Below are positions 1 through 10,886 of a stretch of 18,202 nt of DNA, piece by piece. Each line of letters opens with the position of its first letter. Position 1 is the first letter of the stretch. The notes beneath the pieces are model-generated. The model was not told the DNA's origin. It saw only the letters and a program-made list of their open reading frames with translations, and made no database searches. A program made the position numbers and the translations under genes. Source of the stretch: Prasinococcaceae sp. CCMP 1430 (taxonomy: Eukaryota; Plantae; Prasinodermophyta); assembly GCA_013416795.1 (NCBI GenBank), contig RQSC01000240.1:6970-25171 (forward strand), in the 5' to 3' direction.

Positions 1-71
1 GCGCGTGTGTGTGTGTGTGTGCGTGCGTGTGTGTGTGTATGCCCGCGAGTGACAGTGCGCTCCCTCCTCAC

Positions 72-228
72 CAGGCCGCACGCCGAACACGTCCGCGCCG
101 AGCGCGGGCGCGGAGAGGGGTCGCGCGGGGGCGGAGCGCGCCGCCTTCTTCGTCGCCGCGGCGGCAGAGGACGCCGCCGCGGAGGCGGAGACGTCCGCGG
201 CGGCGAGCGCCACCGCGGGGCGCTCCAT
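72..228 (-). CDS. Ala-rich exon of an unidentified gene continuing off the left edge (MERPAVALAAADVSASAAASSAAAATKKAARSAPARPLSAPALGADVFGVRP)
   Basis: ATG at 228-226, GC-ending codons, donor G|GTGAG at 71 followed by a CA-rich intron on the minus strand. LGADVFGVRP weakly recalls the N-terminal part of organellar/bacterial uL4, but the match is too short to call. Confidence 0.45.
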
Positions 229-399
229 GCGCGTGCGCGCGTGCGCGCGTGCGCGTGTGCGTGTGTGCGTGTGTGCGAGTGTGTGTATGTGTGTTTCTGT
301 GTGCGCACGCGCCCGCTGCGTGAGGTGTGGCATGCGCGCGCGCGCGTCTGTACACGCACGGGCAGGCACACGCGCACACGCGCACACACGCAGCCACAC

Positions 400-435
<36 letters not shown>

Positions 436-462
436 GCACACACACACACACACACGCACACG
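229..462. repeat. Compound (GT)n then (CA)n microsatellite block
   Basis: GT/GC-rich tract ~229-330 followed by a CA-rich tract ~350-460, seen directly. Confidence 0.9.
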
Positions 463-550
463 AGACCCCGACCCGGCCAGCGCGCCTCCCGCCCCCGCGC
501 ACTTTCGGGTGGCGGCGCGCGCCAGGTGGAAGTGCGGTGTTGGCCATGTT

Positions 551-1566
551 GAATATGAAAATACCCGTCGAATATGAAATGTTTTATGATATGGATTTAT
601 GAATAAAAGCGGCGATGGAATTTTGATCGTCCGCCCGTTGGCTGTTGGTGGTGGGGCGTCGGCGGGCGGATCGGCGCCGATCCGGGCGGCTCGGCGGATC
701 GGTGCGCGGAAAAGGCTCCTCGCGGTGCGCGCGGCAAAGGATTGGTGCATGGCTGATACCTAGAGAAATAGCACAACCGAAGCGCGGGTAGGTGTCCCAG
801 AATTCGTCGAAAAGGATCTCGTTTTCGTCGTGCCGTGGTAGGTCACAGCACACTACGCACACCCGCACACTGCTCGTGGTCCCCAGGTCCCCTGACTTGC
901 TCGTCCTGAGTGGTGGTAGCGGGGATGCTGCCGCTTGAGGGGTTATCCGCGGGGTGGACACGAGTGTTGAGCCACTCGAACCAGTAATCAGGCTTGGTGT
1001 TAGCAATGAGCGCACGGGCGTAGCACGCGATAGCTGCCAAAGCGCGACGAATGCGTTTGTTGTTGCTATCGGCGTCATAGGTGTAGACGTTGTCGCTGAT
1101 GAGCTCCTTGAGCTTCTGTTCGTACAAAGTAGCGTCCCCGCATGTAAATCGCGCGGATTCATGCATCGTTGGTGAAATGTCTTGCTGCGACGTCAAAACA
1201 GTCTGTAATACTTCAAACTAGTGGGCGATGAATCCCTCCCGCACCTGCTCGTAGCCGGGGCCGCCGCCTGCCCACCCGAGGGCCCATTGGCGATTGACCT
1301 GCCTCAACTGATTCGAAGCCATGACCGGCCTCGTTAGCGCGCCCGTCACGAACCGGTCGATCATGCGCAACGTCGCCGCGTCCACGAACGACACCACATC
1401 GATCGTGAAAACCACCACGGTCACGTGGTCAGCCACGAGCTTGGACTTCCACGACGCCGGCGCGCGAGCCACCGCGCCCGCAAGCTGCTCCTTGTTGTGG
1501 CCTCCACGAGTGCAACATTTTTTTGTTTTTAAATAAATCTGAAAAAACGCGCGCTCGAAAAAAAAC
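551..1566. other. Low-GC island with AT-rich flanks between two divergent genes
   Basis: Hand counts: 33/60 GC at 781-840 and 28/60 at 1141-1200, versus 46/60 at 2101-2160 in NEF1. No CA/GT repeats inside; A/T tracts at 551-610 and 1516-1566. Confidence 0.75.
843..1500 (-). CDS. Candidate orphan ORF (foreign or degenerate), one frame interrupted by a single TAG
   Basis: ORFs 1218..1793 and 843..1196 share a frame. The TAG at 1220-1218 lies inside a possible 42-nt intron CAG|GTGCGG...TTACAG (1244-1203). The translation is non-repetitive (LYEQKLKELISDNVYTYDADSNNKRIRRALAAIACYARALIANTKPDYWFEW). No convincing start and no recognised family. Confidence 0.35.
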
Positions 1567-2001
1567 TCTCGCGCTCGCAGCGCCGATCGGCGCCAGCGGG
1601 GCGGTGTGGGTGGGTGTGGGTGAGGCGGGTGCGAGGCGTGTGTGTGGGGGGGGGCGTCAGGGCCCTCTGCTGCCGCGAGGGCGAAGGGATCACGCCAGGC
1701 GCCCCGGAGGCTCGGGACGCGGCCCCCTGCGCGCGCCACACGCCGCGCGCTGCGGCGCTGCGGCGCTGCAGCGCTGCGGCGTGTGCGCTGCACGCGGCGT
1801 GTGCGGCTCTTCGGCGAGGGGGAGCAGAGAGGGGGGAGGGGGGTAGAGAGGTGTCAGGAGCGGGGAGAGATTGTGCTGCCGCGACGCCGAGGGGGTGGTC
1901 ACGAGGCGCAAGAGGAGGAGGCTCACGCTCGTACCGAGGCTGGCCTGCGCGCCACGCGCCGCTCGGCGCCGCCTGCCGCTGGGGACGACGCGGCTGCGTA
2001 G

Positions 2002-5000
2002 CGGGCGGCGCGAATATACACGCGCACACGTACCTTTTCGTCCACCTCCGCCGCGCTGGGCGCGCTCGCGACGCACGTGGCCGACCTGCTGGCGCTGCGC
2101 GAAGTGGCGCTCGCCGTCGCGTGGCTGGCGTGCGCGGGCGTGGCGCTGTACGTCGCGCTCGGCTCGGGGCTGCTGTACGGCGCGGCGGCCGCCTCGGGCG
2201 TCGTCGCCGCCACCGCGGGGGCCGTCGTGGTCGTGCAGATAGGCCTGCTGTCCGGCGCGTGGGCGACGCTGCAGTTCCGCTGGCTGCAGCGCTCGCACCC
2301 GCGCGGCGTGGTCGCGCTCGAGCGCGTGCTGTTCGCGGGCGCGCCGCTGGCGTGCGCGACGTGCGTCGCGTGGCTCGCCGTGGCCGCCGCGGGCGCCGAG
2401 CACGCCGGCCTGTACGTGGGCCTCGCCCTCGCGAACGGCTACTGGCGACTGGCGGTGCCCCTGAAGAGCTCCTTTTCCGAGCTGGCCGTGCTCGGCCCGT
2501 CGGAGAGCGCGCTCAACACGGTGGCCATGCTGCTCTTCCCCGCGGCCACGCACTGCGCCACGCACGCCGGGCAGCTCTGGCGGGAGCGGCCCTTCGGCGG
2601 GGCGAGCGGCGGCGCGCCCGAGGCGTGGGAGGCCGTCGTGCTGCTGGGCGGCAGCGCCCTGGTGGTGCTCGCCGCGTCGCTGCGGGGCGCCCTGGACTTC
2701 CTGGAGCTGTCCCCCGCCGCGATGGCGAGGCTGCGCGCGTGGGGAGGGGTCGCCGCCACGCTGCTGCTCGTCCTGGGCGTCGAGTTCCGCGTGGTCATGG
2801 TGGGCTACTCGCACCTGGTGCCGCTCCTGCCGCCGTGGAACTACGCGCTGGTGTTCGCCGCCATGTTCCTCCCCGCCGCCTCCGCGGCGGTGCACTTCCT
2901 TGGCCGCTCGCTGGCGTGGGAGCCGGGCTACGAGCCGCTGGGGGAGGTGGCGGTGAGCTTCTGCCTGCTGGGCGGCGCGGGCGCCGCCGCGCTCGCCTCG
3001 GGCGCGCCGCTGTGGGTGACGCCCTTCCCACTGTGCGCGGCGGCCATGCTCGTGCAGTACTACTACACGCGGCTCGCGCGGGACTACGCGGCCTTCCTGG
3101 CGCTCCTCGGCGCCTTCCTCGCGTGGGTGCTCAACGCGTACGCGCTGCCGCTGGGCATTTCCGGGGGCTCGCGCGGCGCGCCCGCGGTCTCCGCGCTGCT
3201 CTTCGCCGCGGCGATGGCGTGTGCGGCGCTGCCCGGCCTGGCGTACAGCGGCGGCGAGCGCGTTGCGGGCGGGGCGCTCGTCGCCGCCGCGCTGAGCCTG
3301 GGCGCGCTCGAGGACGCGNNNNNNNNNNNNNNNNNNNNNNNNNNNNNNNNNNNNNNNNNNNNNNNNNNNNNNNNNNNNNNNNNNNNNNNNNNNNNNNNNN
3401 NNNNNNNNNNNNNNNNNNNNNNNNNNNNNNNNNNNNNNNNNNNNNNNNNNNNNNNNNNNNNNNNNNNNNNNNNNNNNNNNNNNNNNNNNNNNNNNNNNNN
3501 NNNNNNNNNNNNNNNNNNNNNNNNNNNNNNNNNNNNNNNNNNNNNNNNNNNNNNNNNNNNNNNNNNNNNNNNNNNNNNNNNNNNNNNNNNNNNNNNNNNN
3601 NNNNNNNNNNNNNNNNNNNNNNNNNNNNNNNNNNNNNNNNNNNNNNNNNNNNNNNNNNNNNNNNNNNNNNNNNNNNNNNNNNNNNNNNNNNNNNNNNNNN
3701 NNNNNNNNNNNNNNNNNNNNNNNNNNNNNNNNNNNNNNNNNNNNNNNNNNNNNNNNNNNNNNNNNNNNNNNNNNNNNNNNNNNNNNNNNNNNNNNNNNNN
3801 NNNNNNNNNNNNNNNNNNNNNNNNNNNNNNNNNNNNNNNNNNNNNNNNNNNNNNNNNNNNNNNNNNNNNNNNNNNNNNNNNNNNNNNNNNNNNNNNNNNN
3901 NNNNNNNNNNNNNNNNNNNNNNNNNNNNNNNNNNNNNNNNNNNNNNNNNNNNNNNNNNNNNNNNNNNNNNNNNNNNNNNNNNNNNNNNNNNNNNNNNNNN
4001 NNNNNNNNNNNNNNNNNNNNNNNNNNNNNNNNNNNNNNNNNNNNNNNNNNNNNNNNNNNNNNNNNNNNNNNNNNNNNNNNNNNNNNNNNNNNNNNNNNNN
4101 NNNNNNNNNNNNNNNNNNNNNNNNNNNNNNNNNNNNNNNNNNNNNNNNNNNNNNNNNNNNNNNNNNNNNNNNNNNNNNNNNNNNNNNNNNNNNNNNNNNN
4201 NNNNNNNNNNNNNNNNNNNNNNNNNNNNNNNNNNNNNNNNNNNNNNNNNNNNNNNNNNNNNNNNNNNNNNNNNNNNNNNNNNNNNNNNNNNNNNNNNNNN
4301 NNNNNNNCGCTCGGCGCGCGCGGCGCGCGGGCCGCCTCGCGCGCGCTGGGCAGCGCGTGGTGGATGGCGAGCGTCGGCAACGCCGCCGCCGGCCTGTCCT
4401 TTGTGCTGGCAGCGTTGCTGAACACGCGCGGCGCGCCGGGCGGCGGAGCGGTCGCGCACGCCAACGTCTTTGCGATGGCGCCGCTCTTGCTCATGCTCAA
4501 CCTGGACAGCGCGCTGGTGCCCGCCTCCGGCGTGCGCGCGCGCGCGCAGGGGCGGTCGCACGCGACGCGCGGGGGCGCGCATGCGCCGCAGGACCGTTTG
4601 CGGTACTTCCCGGTCGCTGCGGGGGTCGCGGGATACCTCGTGGCCGCGTCACTGAGTGCTGCCGCGCGCGAGGTCACCGGCGAGAGCGTCGCGGCAAAGG
4701 GGGCGATGGCCGCCGCGGTCTACGGCGAGAGCGCTGCGAGCCCGGTGCTGCAGGCGGCTCTCGAGGTGCTCGCGCTGGCGTGCTGCGCGCCGAGCCAGTT
4801 TTTGCTGCTTCGCTTCCTTGGCGTGCGAGCACAGACGGCAGGCCAGGCCCTGTCTCGCACGCGCTTGCCGCCGTCGCACGCACTCGCGTGCGCGCCGCTC
4901 AACGCGCTCGGCCTGCTGCTCACGGCGCTGCCGAGCACGCGCTGGCTGGCAGTCTACGGCGCGGTCGCGGGCGTCGCGCAGTTCGCCGTCGCGCGGGAAC

Positions 5001-5029
5001 AGCGCATGCGCGGACTTCGCGCCATCTGA
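2002..5029 (+). CDS. NEF1: NO EXINE FORMATION 1-like multi-pass membrane protein (5' end unresolved, middle in N-gap)
   Basis: GAWATLQFRWLQ..HPRGVVALERVLFA matches the recalled NEF1 motif W.SLQFKWLQ.E.PSIVVALERLLFA. The C-terminus (WMASVGNAA, APLLLMLNLDS, DRLRYFP, AQFAVAREQRMRGLRAI*) matches WMPAVGNVA, APILLLLNQDS, DKQRYFP, QY.ISRQQY.KGLRYI. A 60-nt intron is inferred at 4532-4591; gap 3319-4307. Confidence 0.9.
3319..4307. other. Assembly gap (N run)
   Basis: Run of N inside the NEF1-like gene. Confidence 1.
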
Positions 5030-5153
5030 GGCTGAGGGCGCGCGCGTGTCGAACGCTGTACGTACGTAACATAAACGCAGGACTTGCAAGGTGATGTCGC
5101 GAGAGCGAGGCGCGCTGCGAAGCGCTTCTCCGCTCGACCGGCGACGGCGCGCT

Positions 5154-7365
5154 CTAGAGGACGTTCGCCATCGTCTGGCTTGCGATGCGCTCGTTGCGTT
5201 CCTTGCGCGTCTCCTCGGGGACCATGGTCGCCATGGTCGCCACGAAGAGCGCCTTCTCGGTGACCTCCCCCCCGCCGCCGTGCGAGGGCGCGTCCGTGCG
5301 CGCGTACAAGAGGTCTTCGGGAGTGGACTCGGAGGCGGCGATGAGGAAGAGGGCCTCCAGGATGCCTGCGAGCCCGCGCATGCGCGAGGTCAGCACGGCT
5401 GCGAGGCGAGCGCGGTCGCGCTCGCGCGCCTCGTACCGCGCGCGCGCGCGGTCGCAAGGCGGCGCGCACTCGAGTCGCGCGCGCGCACCGAGCACGATGT
5501 TGGCGAAGAACGACAGCACGACCATGTTGAGCAGGAGCGAGAGGAGGAAGACGACGAACGCAGCCAAAATACCCACCACAGTCGGCATTGCGTCGCCGAT
5601 GGCCGCGCCGGCGTCGGCAGGTCCGGGCGGGCCCGTCACGGCGCCTTGGCCGGGTGGCGGCGACGCGAGCACCTCCGACCAGCCGCTGAGCGCCGCCAGC
5701 ATCGACCCCGACGAGAACGCCCACACCGCCGCCATCGTGGACGAGCACAGGGCGAGCGTCATCGTGGACAGCCCCAGCACGGAGGCCGGCACCGTCCAGG
5801 TCACGAGCGCCGCGCCCAGGTGCGGGCGCAGGATGCCCACTGCGCGCCGCCCTGCCGCTACGAGAGGCGCGCCGGTGATGGCGGCGACGCTCAGGGCCGT
5901 CGCGGTGAGGTACTCGAGCGCCTCCGCGAAGAGGCACTTGATGGCCATGAAGACGCACCAGAGCACCATCCTGGTCGCCGCCGCGCCACCCTTGCGCCCG
6001 CCGCCGCCCCGCTTGCGGCTGCCCGCGCGCTTGACGCGCTCGAGCACGGCTAGCACCGCGCCGGCGAATGCCAGCGTCCCCGCACCAGCGCCGAGCGCGT
6101 GCGACACCGCGAGCCGCACCGCGCCGTCCACGCGCGCTGACGCGCCGTGCGGCAGCGCGGCGGATGCGGCGGAGAAGCGCGCCTCCCACCACTGGGCGGC
6201 GACCGACGCCGTCACCCAGCGCCTGAGCTCGGCGATGGTGAGCGACGCCCACGAGAGCACTAGGGCAGCGAGCGCGATGTACGCCTTCGCCCACGCGTCC
6301 ACCTCGTAGGTGCACACGGGCACAGCCTCAGCAGCGTGCGCCTGCGGGTACACCACGCGGGGCTGGGACGTCGGCATGGGCGCGGCGGCGGCGTCTGGCT
6401 CGACCATCTTCACGACGAAGCGCCCGTTGAGCTGGGCGGCGACGATGGCGGCGCCGAGGAGCATCGCGAGCGCGGCGCCACCGATCGAGACGCCCAGAGC
6501 GGCCGCCACGATGCCCGGCTGGTCATTGAGCACCGCGGCGGCGTTGGTGAAGAGGCGCTCGCACATCGCGAGGTGGGGCGCGTACCGTCGCACGAGCCAA
6601 GCGACGAAGGCCGCCCAGCCGAGCGCGGGGAGGGCCGCGAAGACGCCCGAGGGGAAGGGGCTGGACACGGCGACCACCAGCGCGACGAGGAGCGGCGCGC
6701 CCACAGCGATGCGCGCGGTGGCGCGTACGAGCAGGGCCGCGTGGTTGCGCAGCGCCCACTGCCTCGCGGGAGCGCGGAGGCGCGCGCGAGTGACGGTGTG
6801 CGGATGCGTGCGTTCGTGCGCCGGTGCGTCAGTGTCTCGCGCGCTGGCGCGCGCGAACGAGTGCGCGCGAGCGCGCGCGCGCTCGAGCGCGCGCCCGCGC
6901 TGCTGCGTCGCATGCGCTGGCTCGACGCACCACGAGCAGGTAGCCGGCGACGAGGGCCCCCGCGATCACGACCGCGCCGAGGTTGGCCGCGAGCAGCGCG
7001 ACCGCGACCGACCGCGGCCGCGCCGTCCCGCCGGCGACGTCGGCGTCCGCGGCGAGGAGCGCGCGCGCGCGCGCGTGCGCGCGGGGAGGGAGCCCGGTGT
7101 CGTCGGCGTAGCCGTCGAGCGCGTCGGCGCACACGTCGAACAGGCTCCCCTCCACCGCCGCGTCCCCGGAGAAGAGCGCACCGTTCGCGTTCGCCGCGGC
7201 GTAGGCGCCGCCGGCGAGCGCGAGCGCGACCGCGACAGCGAGCGCGCGCGCCCACCACCGGTCGGCGCGGGCACGCGCGCCCGGCGCGAAGCGCAGCGGC
7301 TCGGCGGCCGCGGGCGCGACGACATGGCCGTCGTCCTCCGGCACCGGCGCGTACGCGTGCTCCAT
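5154..7365 (-). CDS. Choline transporter-like (CTL/SLC44 family) membrane protein; exons 7365-6931, 6758-5489, 5365-5154
   Basis: ATG 7365; donors GTG|GTGCGT (6930) and G|GTGCGC (5488); acceptors CAG at 6759 and 5366 keep the frame. Motifs SW..TIAELRRWVTASVAAQWW, AVSHALGAGAGTLAFAG and EALEYLTATALSVAAITG align positionally with the CTL family patterns WT..V....VAG....WYF, SFGSI.FG and FN.YA....AI.G. Confidence 0.85.
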
Positions 7366-7393
7366 GGCTGCGACAAGGGGGGGGATGTGTGTG

Positions 7394-7680
7394 NNNNNNN
7401 NNNNNNNNNNNNNNNNNNNNNNNNNNNNNNNNNNNNNNNNNNNNNNNNNNNNNNNNNNNNNNNNNNNNNNNNNNNNNNNNNNNNNNNNNNNNNNNNNNNN
7501 NNNNNNNNNNNNNNNNNNNNNNNNNNNNNNNNNNNNNNNNNNNNNNNNNNNNNNNNNNNNNNNNNNNNNNNNNNNNNNNNNNNNNNNNNNNNNNNNNNNN
7601 NNNNNNNNNNNNNNNNNNNNNNNNNNNNNNNNNNNNNNNNNNNNNNNNNNNNNNNNNNNNNNNNNNNNNNNNNNNNNNNN
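7394..7680. other. Assembly gap (N run)
   Basis: Run of N in the CTL/CIR1 divergent intergenic region. Confidence 1.
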
Positions 7681-7758
7681 TCCCCCCGGCGGCCCCGGGC
7701 GCCGCGGGTCGCGAACCCACCGATGCGGGGTGGCTGGCGCGGTTGCGGTTGCGCGCGT

Positions 7759-7772
7759 TAGGGTTAACCCTA
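7759..7772. promoter_or_regulatory. Perfect 14-bp telomere-like palindrome TAGGGTTAACCCTA in a divergent promoter region
   Basis: The palindrome is seen directly. Similarity to telobox/TTAGGG units is established knowledge; a regulatory role is inferred. Confidence 0.4.
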
Positions 7773-7995
7773 GTAATCACGCTGCCACCCAACCCACCCC
7801 GCGCGCACGCGAGCGGGCGGCGGGCGCGGGCACGGAGCGCATCGCTGGGCCTCGCGGCCTGGCGGCGGAGGGAGCTGGCGCGCGTGCGAACGGCGCGGGC
7901 GAACGAGGTGGGCTCTTTACATGAAGTCATACCTGCGCGTGAGAGGGGAGGCGAGCGGCGAGCGGCCGCGGCTCGTCGCCGCGGCGGCGGCGGCG

Positions 7996-8951
7996 ATGGG
8001 CAAGGGCATAAACTCCTTCCTGGCGACCAAGGTGTGCGCGGGACGCGCTGCATGCGCCCGCGCGCCGACCAGCACGCGTGAGAGACGCGCGCACACGCAC
8101 GCGCAGCGGGACAAGTGCTCTCTTTCCGTCTTCCTTCGCCGCGCTCCCTCGCCCCGCCCTCCTTTGCCCGTGCGCTGGCCCTTGCGCGGAGTCGCTGACG
8201 GGCGCCCCCTCGGCTGGCTGCTCGGCGCTCTCGAAGTCATGGCACACGGGCAACAAGGCGTGGCGCGAGCGGGTGGAGGCCGCCGAGGCGCGCGAGGAGG
8301 TGCGCAAGGCCAAGGCAAAAGCGCAGGCCGCCGCGGTGGCGCGCGAGCGCGAGCAGCTGGAGGACGCGCGGCGCGCGGGCGGCGAGCGCGCCGCGGAGCG
8401 CCTGCAGATGTCGTTCATGTACGACGCGCCCCCCGGGCTGGAGGCCGCCGAGGGCGTCGGCGAGGGGGGCGACGAGGCCGGCGACGCGCCGCNNNNNNNN
8501 NNNNNNNNNNNNNNNNNNNNNNNNNNNNNNNNNNNNNNNNNNNGGCCCCGAGGGCGCCGCGCTCGACGCGCTCGTCGCGGGCGGCGCCGGCGGCGCGGGC
8601 GTCGACATTGGCAGCGTGCTGCACAGCCTCACCGACGCCGAGCGCCGCAGCTTCGCGCTGGGCTTCGAGGAGCGGCGGCAGGAGGAGGAGCGCCGCCGCC
8701 GCCGCCGAAAGGAGGCACACAGGTCGGACCGACGAGCCAGGGGCGACGGCGGACGCGGCGGCGGGGACGGAGGCCGAGACGGTCGCGGAGAGGGAGGGGC
8801 GCACCGCAGACGCGACCGCGACCGCGACCGCGACCGCGACCGCGACCGCGACCGCGGCAGGGACGGCGGCGAGGGCCGGAGGCGGGGCGACGACGGGGAG
8901 CGGCGGCGGCGGAGGGACAGCAGGGACAGGGAGCGAGACGCGCGGCCGTGA
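7996..8951 (+). CDS. CIR1-like (Cir_N domain) nuclear/spliceosome-associated protein with an RD/RG-rich tail; exons 7996-8031, 8237-8951
   Basis: Spliced N-terminus MGKGINSFLATK|SWHTGN...MSFMYDAPPG parallels CIR1 MGKSFANFMCKKDFH...LNFMYEAPPG; charged low-complexity C-terminus; 51-N gap at 8493-8543. Confidence 0.75.
8493..8543. other. Assembly gap (N run)
   Basis: Run of N inside the CIR1-like exon 2. Confidence 1.
8811..8852 (+). repeat. Coding hexamer repeat (CGCGAC)7 encoding (RD)7
   Basis: Seen directly in the CIR1-like tail. Confidence 0.95.
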
Positions 8952-9156
8952 GGCGGGGCGGGCGGGGCAGCAGCTGCGCCCGGTCCCTTTTTTTTCTATG
9001 GACCCTGTTTCCTATACCTAATACTTGTGCCTACATCGGCCCATCAAAATGCATTATTATGTGAGGTGTGCAGAGGACCAAACCTCAACCCACACGCCGA
9101 AGCTGGGAGCGCGCAGAGGTGGGAGCTGTGCCTCGCCGGCGAGGGCGACGCGTGCG

Positions 9157-9158
<2 letters not shown>

Positions 9159-9216
<58 letters not shown>

Positions 9217-9637
9217 CGTGTGTGTGTGTGTATGTGTGCGTGTGTGTGGAACGTGCGTGTGTGTGGAACGTGTGTATGTGCAACGTGTGTGTGTGCGTGT
9301 GTGGAACGTGTGTGTGTGTGTGCAACGTGCGCGCGTGTGTGTAGATGGGTGTGGGTGTGCCCGTGCGAGCGCATGTGCGTGTGTTTCTGGACAGCCTCGC
9401 CTCCGAGAAGTACGCACGTGCGTGCCGGCGCGCATGTGTGTGCGTATGCCTCCGCGCACGTGCATGCGTGTGTGTGCGCGGCATCGCACGCGCGTGTGTG
9501 TGATGTGTGTGAGAGCGAGCGCCTCCTTACGTTGGCAGGCAGAGGCGCGCGCTGCGTCGGCGGGGAGCACACACACACGCGCGCGCGTGTGTGTGAGTGT
9601 TTGCGCGCGCACACGTGTGTGTGTGTGAGTGTGTGTG

Positions 9638-9697
<60 letters not shown>
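9159..9697. repeat. GT-rich microsatellite field downstream of HINT1, including a pure (GT)28 at 9159-9214
   Basis: Seen directly; includes repeated (G/C/T)AACGTG interruptions at ~9214-9330. Confidence 0.95.
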
Positions 9698-9700
<3 letters not shown>

Positions 9701-9706
9701 TGTTCC

Positions 9707-10884
<1,178 letters not shown>

Positions 10885-10886
<2 letters not shown>

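Noticed and set aside
593-1540. Possible terminal inverted repeats bounding the low-GC island (GATTTAT / ATAAATC)
   Set aside because: Only 7 bp match, with no extension or target-site duplication; the same motif recurs in the rpl33/BASS promoter, so no mobile element is called.
1614-4677. 900-1000 aa ORFs spanning the NEF1 locus in other frames or the opposite strand (likewise the 14915-17439 ORFs)
   Set aside because: They are shadow frames of GC-rich CDS lengthened by N-gaps, which cannot contain stops.
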